From Calonectris borealis (taxonomy: Eukaryota), in NCBI RefSeq assembly GCF_964195595.1, contig NC_134312.1, positions 201,153,140-201,217,139 of the forward strand: DNA of 64,000 nucleotides, read 5' to 3'. Positions 1 through 13,440 of this stretch are shown piece by piece. The notes under the pieces were generated by a model. It searched no databases and had not been told where the DNA came from. It saw only the letters and a program-made list of their open reading frames with translations. The translations under genes and the position numbers were made by a program. Numbering within the stretch: the first letter of the stretch is position 1; every line of letters starts with the position of its first letter.

Positions 1-3000
1 GCACATTAATATAAATTTGGTATTTTTTATTACAAAACATCTGTGACTTTAAAACATTGTTTTAAATTGTTGCTGGAAGAGATCTCTGGAATCATCTAGT
101 ATGACACCCAGCTTAGAGGAGGGATTAGCTCTGGATTTATGTTGCAGTGCTCAGGAACACACGGAAATCTTAGATTTTGAAAGATCAGTATTTTTCTGAT
201 TTAAAATTATTTACTATTACTGCATGTGATGGAATAAAATGAACTATTTTGGGATATTGTAACTTTCAGATCTTACATATAGGTCTTAATTGATGGATAA
301 ACCAAAGAGGGAAAGGTGACAAGAGGAGTGGGTGGAAGAGAAGGCTTTTTTTACTTTAACTCCTTGCTGGCAGCTTAACTTCCAGTGAGCTAGTCATTGG
401 ATTGAAATAGAATATTCTGAAGAAAGGACAAATAATGCACAATCAAAAGTATCCCCTAAATTCTAGTTTTGACTGCCAAACTAGCCATTTTAACGATTTC
501 TATGATTTATGTCTTTAAAATATAGGCGTCTTTCAGTAAATGACAATTTTGTTGTAAGTAACTTATGCCTCCTGGAGAGGCCTTTGGAAATAATTTTTCT
601 TTTATAGAAAGAACTTAATGAAATAAACCACTCTAGAAGGCAATAATGAATTTTACTAAGAGATACAGAAAGGTCTTTACTTATTTTGACAGATATAAAG
701 TCTGCTAAGAATAGAATTCAGTTTCCATGTTCATGAAAACAGAGAATCAACAGCACTGTGAATTACATTTTGCTCTACACACACGACCTAGATAAAGTGC
801 TAATTAAGTTACTGATTTTAATGAACAAGTTTAAGTTTATGGGGTAAGTGTTCTTTTTTTTGATAAGGCATTTTTTTGATGCTGTGTCTTAGCGTTATTT
901 TGGTCACCATTCCTTAGCTGAAAGGTGAGTGAATAGTCCTATGTTAACTGGGAGTGCATCTCCTGGCCACAAACACTTGAAGAAAACTGTATCATCTGTC
1001 GTCTTAATATTTCTGTTGATATCTTGGTTTTTCCTTTTCTAAAATATTCCATGCCATATTTATTCCATTTTTTTGACAGTTTTTTTACCATGAATACTGC
1101 ATCATTTGGAGGCAAGAGTTTTAATTTTCTTCGGGCTGCTGCAATTTCAAGGACTGTTTCTGGGGAAAAAAGTAGTATTGGTTTACCAGTTAAAAAGAAA
1201 CATTTTTATAACTACTTGTATTTTTATTTCAATGTGAGAAGGGAATAGCGTTTGATACATTCTTCTGTATCAATGCTTAGGTGTCATTTCAAAACAGTTA
1301 GTTTCATGGTTTTATAGAGTGAACTTAAAAATACACTAATATATTTTAAAAACCAGAAGAATCATCTTGGCAGTTCTCTGTATACTTAGACTACTGATAT
1401 CAATGGTGATTGAGATGTAAGAACGTTGCGCATGATATACCTCAAATGCTCAAGAAATCTTTTTCTAATACTTGTAAAAAGGGGAGAATACATATTATAT
1501 TAAATGTACAATATATATGTAATTTAAAAACTGGGTGTATTCAATATTTTTGTGTAGATCTACTTTTTACAGTTGACATTAAAAGGAGTTCGAATTATGA
1601 GGAAATCTCATTTTCAATGCTTGTATCTAAAGTAATTAGCAAGTATAATGCTATAGTTGCCATCATAACAGTTTTTCAAAAAGCAGATTACTCAGATGAA
1701 TCAGACCTTCTTGAGGTTTGTTTACATTAGTGAGTTCTGAAGTATTTTACAAGAATCCGGCAACAGAAGTCATTTGGAAAGAATTATCCTTTTACAATAG
1801 GGTATTATTCTTTTTTTGCTTCCCTTTGGTTTTTGGTTTGGTTTTTTTTTTTGATCTTCTTGAAGCTTAAATTGCACTTTACTACACATTCTTTGTCTTA
1901 TGGTTTCTTTTCTCCCTGTAATTGCATATCATCCATTTTTATTGTTCTCTTCCAGTTTAAGTTGTTTTCCCAGGTACCAGGTGACTTCAGAGGTTCTTAA
2001 TCGCCTCCCTACATATTTCTCTAGTAAAAATTTAGCCCTCCTCTCTTGCTGCTCAATTTTAACTCCCTGTTATGGGTAGTTATGGGTGGCTTCAGGGAAC
2101 GGGCTGAAGCAGGCTGCGACTCAACAGAAGAATGAGCAGTCGCATAGTGAGGAAAAGAAGCTCTGAGAAGATAACGCTATCATTTTTATGTCCTGCAAAG
2201 GGCTTGAGTATCCAAGAATGAAGCTCTCGGGTGGGCTGGAATATCACCCAGCACTGGTTCGGCTACTCTGTCATAACTGCCTGTTGGTATACTTTTCTCT
2301 GTCTTACTTTGGGCAAAACCCATGGAATAGTTGACCTAAGTTACCTGCAATAACTTGTTTATGCTCACATAGTAAATAGCTGTCTAGAGCATGATTTGTG
2401 GGGATAGGACTGAATTTTTGGTATCATCTGGACTCCTGCAAATACAAGTTTCGGCAGATATCTAAGTACATGTTTTTATAGTTAATATGTGAAGCATTTA
2501 ATTACATTAACGATACATGCTGTCAGTTAACATTTGAAATGGAATATTTTCTCTGACGGGATTTATCTTAAATTTGCTAATTCTGTGTTAACCATATAGA
2601 AGAATTTCCTTGTGCTGAAAATTGAAAAGAACATGACAAGTTGTGAACATGCAAGAGTAGGAATAATAATAATTCTTGTAGGCATGTTGATTGGTTAACA
2701 GACAGCAGAGATCATAAGGCACGTTTATGGCTCTTGAGTCTATAGCTGAAATGTTTTTTATATGGTAATACTTCAACACCAAAGTTAAAGCTACAAAATG
2801 GCAAATGATTTCTTCATGTTTTTTGTTACAAAGGTTAGACTAGACTAAAAAAAGTAAAAATTACAGGTTCTACCCCTCTCTATTGTACTTACTGTTAACT
2901 GAAAACTGGTAGCATTTCAAGCTGAGAAAAAACAGTGGTTTATTGCTAGGAGGAAGCGTAGCGTGCTTTTTAAAAAAAGTGTATGTTATAGCTTGCCAAT

Positions 3001-5137
3001 GCTTCTATTCTTTGCAAAGAAAATGAGTTAAGTTCTAGTAACTAGTACAGCTTTATAGCTCTGTACTTAACATCCTTATCTAGCTGGTATTGTACTCAGC
3101 CCTGCTTTATATGGCACATTTCACATTAAAAAAAAACAAACCACCAGCTTGCAGTTGAACTTGATGACATGCATCGAGTAAGTATGTGCAGTAATTCAAA
3201 ATCTGGTGCTTTCCCTTGTAGCTAAAGAGTATCTCACAGCTGTTTGTGGCATGTCCTGTTTACACACATGTACATACGTAAGCACGTGTGCACGCACAGT
3301 CTGATCGATGTAAACTGATAGCCATGGAGTTTTTCTACCATGTTGGGCTATGGATTGACATTAGAGATGATATAGCACTTTTCCTTCCACTTCTTCATGT
3401 CAGGGCTGAGGTGTAAAAGCAAACTAGTATCAACAAGGTTGTATGCTGATTTTGTGACTAGCTCACTGGTATCAATTAGTGGGTATGATTGATTCTAATA
3501 GGGCTGCTGATTTTACTTAAAATGTCAGTTGACATTACTGTGAAAGGTCTGACGAAGTAGTTGCATGTTCTGTTACAAAGATTTAACGTGGGTTCTAGGG
3601 TCAGAAAAAGAGGTCCTTAGTGTTCATCAATGGCTTTAAAACTGTCGTTTAGTTACGAGGCTTTCCTTTTCCTCTCCACACTAAGCCATATTCTTTCGAA
3701 AATGGTGTATAATCTTCTTAAGTTCATTGGCTAGATTAATATGAGTTACTAGAAACAGAGTTATTGACCTGAGAGCCTTTTGTCATGTATCTTATGGTAA
3801 TTTCCCATACCAGGATATTTTTATGAAACTGTAGACTTTTTCTGTCAAACATTGGTGTCTGCCGCTTTAAGCGTGTGAAGATAGAAGACTGATGTTTGGC
3901 ATCCCAAACATGGTTGAATGAAAAGGAGTTTTGTGAAACTGTAAAAATACTATGAATGTATTTTGATTTGATTAATATTTCAGTTTAAAGGTTGCTTTTA
4001 GCAAGACCGATTCAGTTGCCTAGTATATGGAATTGTTTTCAAAGTGCATCTGAACTTATATTCTTAAATCATAAGTGGAATGATTTTCAGAATCAGGTAA
4101 ATTTTTTTGCATATGCTTATTCTCAGCATATATGTGTTCGTTCACTCGAGTGGAATATACGTTAACATTCTTGCCGAAAATTCATGAGAAAAAAATTTTT
4201 GGTATAAGTTTCATTAGTTTTCATTTTGAACTGTGAATTTGTTTCTATTTCATCCTTTTGATGTAAACAGTAATACTAAAATCGCTTGGAATTATCTGTG
4301 ATAGGTGTACTGTGTTTCCCCCAAAGTGATAATTTTTGCCCCTCTGGGTACTATCTCTTGAGTAGAAATCTCTTGTTTCACAGCAGGCCGTGGTTCATGA
4401 TCAGTAATGTCAGAACTCTTTTGCTGTTGGATGACTGAGCATCAATTGAATCTGGATCAATTTGGCGTGTTATTTGTCTATCTAGTATAAATGCATGTTA
4501 TATAGTTTATGTTGATACTGCATTTTTATGCTGGTTTCAAAAGGATGGTCGGTATCTGAACTGACATAGCAATAGCATGATACGATTTATCAAAAAATGA
4601 TTCACCACCAAGTTAAGTCAAAACTATTTGAACAAAGATGAACTGGCAGGTTGAGTTTATATGCCATAATATAACACATCAGAGCTTGGTTTCCAATCAA
4701 CTTGGTTTTTGAGTCATTAATCCAGTTTGACTGTATTATTGAACCACGGCCTTTAGTAATACTGTAATAAGACCTCTTTATTTACAGTTAAAATGTACAT
4801 ATACGGCTTCTTATTGATGAAAAACACTGAGTGAAGATGGATTCATTTGCAGTTGATCACATAACTATTTGGGAACTTTAGACTGCTGCATCTGATAAAT
4901 TAAACTTACGATATTTAACCTTTAGCAATTATGCAAAAATGTACAGCATTGCTATATTGAACTTATTATTCCATTTGATTTTATAAAAATGAGAGTATAG
5001 TTAACTTCATTCCTTGCACATTTTTGTAATCAATGGAAACTTTTGAAACTCGAAAATTTTTATTTTCATGGAGTAAATGGGAATGTTTTAAGTTCTAAGA
5101 ATGATAGGTTGACCATGAAAACTATGTTTACTTTCAG

Positions 5138-5195
5138 AGAGAACAGGAAATGAGAATGGGTGATATGGGTCCTCGTGGAGCAATAAACATGGGAG
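5138..5195 (+). CDS. PSPC1: PSPC1 coding exon (…[19 protein letters not shown], ends phase 1)
   Basis: Acceptor ctttcag|AGA at 5131-5137. Donor G|gtaggg at 5196. Translation [19 protein letters not shown] matches the human PSPC1 segment [24 protein letters not shown] as I recall it. Frame joins the next exon exactly (G + AT = Asp). Confidence 0.8.
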
Positions 5196-8100
5196 GTAGG
5201 GATCTGAAGGAAAAAGGCTTCTGTAATGTAAAATTTCTTTTTCTTTGGGACTGTACATGTTACTCAAGCACTATAAATTAGTGACAACTACTGGTAAAAA
5301 GGAGTAAACAGTATTAGGAAATAAAAAAAACCCTCACATATTTTGCTTCCAAACAGTTGGTTTTTTCCCCAGCATGTATCTTTAATATTTTTTACTACCT
5401 GTGGGAGAAAAATATGATGTGCAAGTTAAGAGAAACAAAAAGGCAGGGAAGGGTGATGCTCTAGAAATTATCTGATACAAAAGAGGAATTTTCTGTTTGG
5501 AAAGTATTTGGCATTCTTTTTGAGGGACTACCTATTCAGAGAAGTTGGGGCTGTAATTGCAGTGAAATGATGTGGAGCTTAAAATTGGTAAGTTCTTGTT
5601 GACGTACCTGACAAAAGATTAATGAATAATGTGGTTGGTGTTCTACTAATTTATTGCAAGTCTGTATTTGCAAATATTCTCAGTTCACTTTTGTGACTTA
5701 AAATATTGTCACTGCTAAAAATTGTTACTATGAAGTCTAGAAGAGTACATTCTTAATAATTAGTGCTTTCTCCATATATGCAGACTGAAAGAGTTTGAAA
5801 TCTTACTTAACCAGAATATCTGCTTTTAAACAAGACTGAAACTTAGAATATTTCTTTAAAAAAAAAAAAAATCTCTTACTGAGCTGTATTAACTGTCAAT
5901 ATTAATCTCTTGGAAGCTTCCTGATGTTCATTTAAAATAAATTAAGATTATGTTTTTAAGAAAAGTTAATACTATTTCTGCTTATTTTATATTTGAAAGT
6001 ACATACAAAACTTAGTAAACATTGTCGCTTGACCTTTTGAGTAATGTGAATTTATAGACTAATTAATCTGCTTGGGCCAGTTTTTAAAATACATTATTCA
6101 CCATTACCTTGCATTTATGGAGGCACATTTATACCTACAAAATAGAAATAGGCTTTTTCTTTCAGTGAAGATGAAGAGCTTTAAAAATAATTCTAAAGGA
6201 AGACATTATGAAGTCATTTACAAGTAATAAGCTGAAGCATAAATTGTGACTGAATTTTTTTTTTATTTTATAGTTGTACTTTTGCATATGGTTGCAGTCT
6301 ACTTGAAAATTCATTTAATTAGGAGACTTTGTAAATATTGATACTGTGGGGAAACTACTAATGCCAGTTGTCCAGATCCACAAGATATACTTTTTACGTA
6401 CAGATTTTAAATGTGTATTTATAGCAATCAATTCACAGCCCTTTTCTTGTCAGGTTTTAATGCTTAACAATGACGTTCATCATAGTCTTGCTTTGTAAGC
6501 TTTGGGCTATAACTTTTGATTTTAAAATTGATACAAATGCTTTTAGAAATAAATGTGTAGTTCCAAAAGAAGTTATAGCAACAGTGAACTAGTATTTTAA
6601 AAAGGGAAAAATATCCATAGTGAATAGGTAGAGATAGTGTTTATTTCCACAATATCTGGATTTAAGATTAGCTCACTGCAGAGATTTTTTTTTTCTCCAG
6701 CCCATTAACAACCCTACCACTACAACCAGAAAAACCCAAAAACGCACAGCAGACCTTTAAATAGTAGAACTTTAATTGTTGATCTTAACATTCTTTCTCA
6801 ACATTTCTTTTGGAACTGTAACTGTATTTTTAACTGGCCTTTACCTGTGCCATTTGTGACTTTTCATCTTGTGGAACAGTGGGGAGCTGGAGTACCTTCA
6901 GTAATGGAAATACCTGCCTGATAGCGTTATTAGAAAGCAAGGTACCTCTGTGACGGATTTAATTAGCGTTGGGCTGATTTGTGCAGGACTCATTTTTACA
7001 TTGCTTTCTGTGGCAAACAAGATTTGAGAGAATCTATATGCCTCACTATAGCACTTACTTGGATCTGTAATGCCAGGTGCAGCTGATAAACTTTTAAATA
7101 TGTGGGGGAAAAAAAGGCTTTTTTGGGAACTCTCTGCATTGATGAGGATTATTAACTCTGGCTTGTTGCCAGCTGTGCCAGTTTGGACACTTAGTGTACT
7201 TTTTCAGCCCTCCAGATTGCCGAAAAGACTTTTTTTTTAGTGTCTGTGCATTGTGGCATGAACACTGATGACTGTTTTCCATCTCTTGCTGAACCTGGTC
7301 AAGTGAATTAACTGCTAACATCAGTGTCCCACCAGAAAGAATGGGCAATCAAGTGGTTATCTCTCAGGGTCTAGTTTGGAGCTAGGAGGACCTCTGAAGT
7401 ATAGCTAAGGCGCCATAGTGGCCTCTTGCTGAAACTGTGCAGGACTCCACTCTCTCCTTGCATTACGCTCCCCAGTTGTCTTCCTATCACAGCTGACTCT
7501 GCCTGAAACTGGCTTAATAATAGAGAGATTATACATCACCCTAGAAGCAATATGGGTGTATTTGTATGATAAAGGGGATAAGAACTTTGTTGCAGTTGAA
7601 GGATTAGCAAATGTTACCTGACTGTGGCCAGCTGCCTAAGTTTAGTTAGGCTGGTAAGGAAGCCAGTAACAGATAATTAAACATTGACTGCTTTTGGTTA
7701 ATGGCACTAGTACCGGCACTAAGACTGCCATCATGATAGTCTTGCAGTGTACTTCTAGCCTCTGAAAATAAAGGTTTCTCCTTATATTGGCAGTTTAGAC
7801 TTCTCTGTTTCTTTCCATATGTAGTCACTGAATGGATGACACTAAAAAACAGTTTTAGGGCGTATTCAACGGTAATTCTCTTGAATTGTAGCACAATCTT
7901 CTACCTGCTACATGAACTGATCATGCTCGTGGGTAGGTAAGAAGCATATGACTTGGGCATACCTTTGTTTTGGCTCAATGTCGTAGGGAGAGGTCTTGGG
8001 AGTTTCTCATTACTAAGCTTGAATGAGTTCTGCTTTCCAAAAATTACAGGATTTTTCTCTATCACTTCTAATAAACTTGTGTAGCTCTTTACACGTGCTA

Positions 8101-9436
8101 CTGTGTTGCATGGGTTGTTTTTGCTAAGCAGCTTGCAGTTGGCATAATGTATATGATCACGCCCAGGTCTGCAATTTTAGCAGCGATATCTTGGATGCAG
8201 TGGTTTCATTGACTGCTTTGATATGTGTACTCAGGGCAGGTAATAAAGATGTAAGTTTGCATACCTGCAGATGTCGTAGTACTGTACCTGTGCTAAATGG
8301 CCTGCTTACAATGATGTACATTTATGTATTCATTACTAAAGAAGTTACAGTTGTGATGAGAGGTGAGAGGTTGATTTTTGAAATAACAAGTTTATTAGTC
8401 TAGCAACATGTTAGATTTCTTGATATTCTTGTATGTTGTCATAACTTAAAACATAGGCTAGATTCCAAAGGCATGTCTTCTTTCATTATTAAATTTTGCA
8501 CGCACGCTTTTGGCTGAAAAGGGTGGATTATCATTGTGGGGGGAAAAAAAATGCATCACCACCAGTCTTAAAGTTGGTGATATTTCATAATAGCAGACAT
8601 AAATGATATATATAATCACATGTTTTTCTTTCTTATAACAACATGAGAAAATGTTCTGAAGGCAGTTTTACCTACCTGTTGAGTTTGTTAGTGGGTACTG
8701 GCAGAGTGGTGTTTCCTAGCTCAATATTACAGCTAAATTATCTCCTCTAAAGATGTCTTTAAGCTCTTCTTCTGCCTCTTACTGTGAATCAGACTTTTGA
8801 AGGAGACTGTTCTGTCGCTTTCAATTCTAACAAAACTTCCCTTAGTTTTCCAGTACTTTTACTATAATAAATTGCATTTAAATGCAAGATTTATTCATGC
8901 CATATTACAAATAATTTATTGTAAAGCTGAGTACTATCTTTGGTGTTGCTTTTAGATGTTAGACTAGTATACTCTAACACTATATACAGTTAACATAATA
9001 CTGGTAGAACAGTTCTTGCAAATGTATATTTAATATGTTATGATCCCTAAAGAGTCAAGTGGCCTTATAGCTGGCAATTACTGCAAATTTTTGATTTTTT
9101 TTACTGAGATTTTTGCTAATTTGTGGTGTGTATCCTGCATGTATATGCTATATGAACACTTCAATTCCTGCACGGAAACCATACAGCTACATTTAGCTGT
9201 AAAGTTCAGGATTTTCAAATACACAAGGCAGATCATGTAATGCAAAATAATAGGGATTAAAGAAAATCTGTTTAAAAGCAGATGATTGAGATAAATGTAC
9301 AGTCTCAAAGAATAATTTTTTTTTTATTTCAAGTATTGGAAGTCTTGTACATTTGGCTTTTTAAATATTGTAAATTGTTTGTTTATTCTTGTAAAATTCA
9401 GATAGGACAGCTCTAAGTATAGATTGTTTTGCATAG

Positions 9437-9606
9437 ATGCGTTTAGCCCAGCACCTGCTGGTAACCAAGGCCCTCCTCCAATGATGGGTATGAATATGAA
9501 CAACAGAGGAACTTTACCTGGCCCTGCAATGGGTCCTGGTCCTTCCATGGGACCAGAAGGAGCTGCAAATATGGGAACACCAATGATGCCAGATAATGGA
9601 ACAGTG
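9437..9606 (+). CDS. PSPC1: PSPC1 coding exon: (D)[56 protein letters not shown]
   Basis: Acceptor tgcatag|AT at 9431-9436, phase 2. Donor GTG|gtaacg at 9607. 56 codons, near-identical to the human PSPC1 Gly/Met/Pro/Asn-rich C-terminal region (…[21 protein letters not shown]…[18 protein letters not shown]…). ORF track 9424..9639 covers it. Confidence 0.88.
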
Positions 9607-12600
9607 GTAACGTATCACAAATTTAATTACTTTGAATAGCTGTCATGTCTCATGGCCCTTTTTTGTTACCAAAGATATTTTCACACTGATTAAGAACATG
9701 TTACATGTTTTGAATATGTTAAAAGTAATTGATAAAACTTGTTCATGCAAATAATTTACAACACAGAAGGGAAATATTTATTTGATATTACTATGAAAAT
9801 CCTACTTCCCTTAAGAATGGGGTGAGTTCTTTGATCAGTAACCGGACTTTAAGTTGCGGTTAGAATGTATAGCACTTGTGGCAAAACTTTGCATGTATGA
9901 CCTGTCATGTAAAACTCACTAATAGAAGGAAATCACTTCTGTGAAATGAAAAAAGAACAACATACCAGAGTAATCTGTAAATTTAGGCATTTGCTGTTTT
10001 TTCTTTTGTGAAACTAAATTCTATGTATTAGCTTGTTGGGGTTTTTGATTAACAGTTAAATGTTGGAAGCTATGTAGTGTGAAGATATCTTTGTGTAAAC
10101 TATTTAATTTTTTAAAGCAACTTCAGTGTTTTTTGTATTTTCTTTCTAACAGTGTTGAAAGCATGAGATTATGACAGTAATTATGCCACTTAAAAAATAA
10201 GTATGCCAACAGCTGTTAGGGATAACTGTCATATCAACACAGGGAAAATAATGTTACCCGGTTGCCAGGGGTGGTAGGGAATGTCTTGTATACATCTGGA
10301 ATTTTTTATCAAGAGCAGATATGCCATTGGGATGCAGTTAAAGCACGAGCCATTTTTGCTCTGTTCTCATAGCCAGTCACTTTTCCTAGCTGTAATGTCT
10401 TATGTAGAGAAACAACTATAATTTTTAATCTGATTTGTACATATTTTTCAGTGTTATTCTGTAAATAGGTATTTGGGATGTTCTAGTGGTGATACGATAT
10501 AAAGGAGTATATAGTATAAACAGTGATTCCATTATAGTTTTATTGGAACACAGAAGCATTTTGTAGCTGTATTTTTTTACATATGCCTTCTCATCTGCGA
10601 TTGAGCAATCTGAATAATGAAGTTCGGACAAAGTCCTTTGTTCCTTAGAGGAAAATGAGATTTTGATTGAGCACAAAATGCATAATGAGTCTGGCCTTTA
10701 CCAGTTAAAGGAGAGGATCTCACTTCACATCATAGGAGCCAGCTCATTTTATCAGTTGCATCATTTCTCACAAAGTGTAGGGATGCTTTTTACAAAATAC
10801 TGTTTTCAGAGATGCTTTTGCTGGAGACCAGTGTGTTACTGGTCACCTGGAACATTTGGTTGTGATTATATGGACACTGAAAAAGAGGTGTAAGGAAAAG
10901 AATATGATATCGTAAATCATGGTATCTATCTCAAACTGTTGTTTTTCTACAAAAAGTCATTCCAGGTATGGAAATGTAGGGGACATACTGACACTTCAAA
11001 ATGCGTGTTTTAAAAAAATTTTTTTTTTTTTACTTCCATTTTCTTCTGCATGCTACTGAAGGACAAATTAGATGCTTTTTTTTTTTTCCCCATTTTGGAC
11101 TTTGAAGGGTTTTAATTTGGGGACAAGCCCCTACAGAAAGGCATAGCCTTCCAGTATTTTTGCTGCTGTTGGAAAGACACTTTAAAGATCTTTTGAGGGC
11201 TGTCTACTAAAATGCTGTAGGAGATAATTTCAGTTTCCACTGAGAGAAATGGAGAATATACTTTATAGACCAGAAGTGCAGTTTTCATTTTTTAAATTGA
11301 AAATTAAAAGATTTTTTCTGAAGTCTTTTAGGGGAAAGTTGAAGCAATCTTCTTTTTGTTCCACTGCAGTCTTTTGAAACAGAGATTATCTTTGAACATA
11401 ACATTTTAAAAATAGCTTTTCTCCCCCCATACTTTTATTGTAGGTAGGTATTTACTGCAGTTTTCTCGTTAGCTGGAGAGGAGGGTCCTTGTTGGAAAGA
11501 GAACTTGACTTTTTGTCCAAAAGTCAAATGGTAAAAATTATGAGGAATATGTGATAAGCTATTTGTTGAAATTAATATCCATTGCTAACAGCTGGCATGA
11601 GTTAAAGCTTTTTTTTTTAACAATTTTTAACCAGTGCTGCAGATTTTAAGGTACTTTGGGGCAGTAGTAGGTCTTTATGCAGCTGTTGAAGTAAGTTTTT
11701 TCTTATTCAATGTCAAATTTTAAACAACGCGCATACATACAACCATGATCTAAGTTGCATAAATTTTTATCTATATAGATATAATGCTGTTTTTAAATAA
11801 CATATATATGAATTAGCAGACTTTAGAACTGTTGAGCTCTACTACTATTACTGGACTTAGACTTTCAGAAGAATTCTTCTCTGATTCAGGCATATAAATA
11901 AAGTGCTAGTCTTGAATGTTCTTGTTAAACTCTGAATACTTGGAAGTTAATGTAGATCTCTGTACAGAAGGAATTTCTTCTGAAAGTGTAACTGTCCTGA
12001 AGAGGTGAATGATGAGTTATTTCAAGATCTGATTGTACCATATATGTATGCTTTTAATGGTTTATGTTATGTTGAGTTAATGCTTTAAATTTTGTCATGT
12101 GGGTTCTGTTTTTAAACACTTGCATAACTACTGAACTATAAGTGCTCAGATGCATGTTTTCTGTTTTAGGTCTTAATTGCTATAGCCAAATAAATCTGCG
12201 TAAGCACATATACCTTTATTAATATTAGCCACAGAACTAAGGAAAATAAATGTGGAACATTAACTGGATTTTCATCTTATCTTGATATTTCAGGTTAAGC
12301 TATAGATCTATATATAAAATCTTTTTTTTAAACTAAGCATTGTCCGGTTATGCATTTTATCACTAGTTGTGTCAGTTTATTTGGACTGGATTTTAAGTCT
12401 AACTAAAGATTCCTGAAGTGCCATACAAAAGGCTGACTCCAGGTAGTATGGACTGAAATACACTTTATCCACAGATATGTGGGTTTATAAGCCTTTAGGT
12501 TATATTGCTATTAAAAGAATAAACCTGCAGTCTCTAGAAATACAAAAGCTGATTTTTTTTTTTCCTAGTTTGACAATATTTCTGTGTCTAATTTAAGGGA

Positions 12601-12965
12601 AGCATTGTAGTTGGTATGTAAGGCAGAATAGAGCTCAGGTATAAAATTATTGTTTGCTGTCTCTTCTGTTTCATAGAGAATATGTATTGCTTCAGATGTG
12701 CTTGAAAGGATGAAGTTACATTCAGCACCAGAGTTGGTCTTAATACTTAAGTTTTTAATTTTTAATTTACTTTACAAAGTTGGAGCATAACATTAGCACT
12801 CTTTAATTTCCAGCTCTTTTTCCATAATAACTAATTGAATTGCTCCTTTCTTCCCTCTATGTGTGATCCTGATTCTGCTGGACTATCTGCTGAACTTCAT
12901 GACAACATCACTTGTGGTTTTTGTTGTAACTCACATTTGGCATGTTCCAAATGGACTTGTATTAG

Positions 12966-13151
12966 CATAATGAGAGATTCCCTCAAGGAGGTCCATCACA
13001 GATGGGTTCACCTCTGGTTAGTAGAACGGGCTCTGAAACTCCTCAGCCGCCAATGAGTGGTGTAGGTGCCGTGAGTGGTGGAGCTGGTGGCTTTGGTAGA
13101 GGAAACCCAGGGGGCAACTTTGAAGGACCTAACAAGCGTCGCAGATACTAA
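12966..13151 (+). CDS. PSPC1: PSPC1 terminal coding exon: [61 protein letters not shown]
   Basis: Acceptor gtattag|CAT at 12961-12965, phase 0. 61 codons then TAA at 13149-13151. Matches human PSPC1 C-terminus (…[39 protein letters not shown]…[10 protein letters not shown]) from memory. Too short for the ≥60-aa ORF track, read by hand. Confidence 0.88.
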   Translation, partial: HNERFPQGGPSQMGSPLVSRTGSETPQPPMSGVGAVSGGAGGFGRGNPGGNFEGPNKRRRY

Positions 13152-13440
13152 AACTTATTTCATTCCTTACTGTTTAGAAATTCCAGTAAAACTATACAGT
13201 GATATGCCTCTATAATTTTAGCTGTTATCTGGAAACGGTTTTATTGTTATTGTAGTCTTTAAAACAGTTTCTTTTGTAAAACTTTTTTTGTATTCAGTCA
13301 TAGGCTTTGTAGTATAGAGCAGAAATTATGCGGATCATTATGTAAGGCAATGTGTTTGTGACTAGCAAAATACAATGTGTGACTATGCTGTAAAACGTGC
13401 AGTTATCTGATTACAATAAAATATAAAAATCACTTGAAAG
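13152..13440 (+). other. PSPC1: PSPC1 3' UTR (proximal part), candidate AATAAA polyadenylation signal at 13415-13420
   Basis: AT-rich sequence right after the stop. AATAAA sits about 265 nt downstream of TAA. Other A-rich hexamers exist further on, so the true poly(A) site is uncertain. Confidence 0.35.

Noticed and set aside
9324-9548. Minus-strand 74-aa ORF ([16 protein letters not shown]…) overlapping the PSPC1 exon
   Set aside because: Antisense shadow of the Gly/Pro/Met-rich PSPC1 coding exon, not an independent gene.
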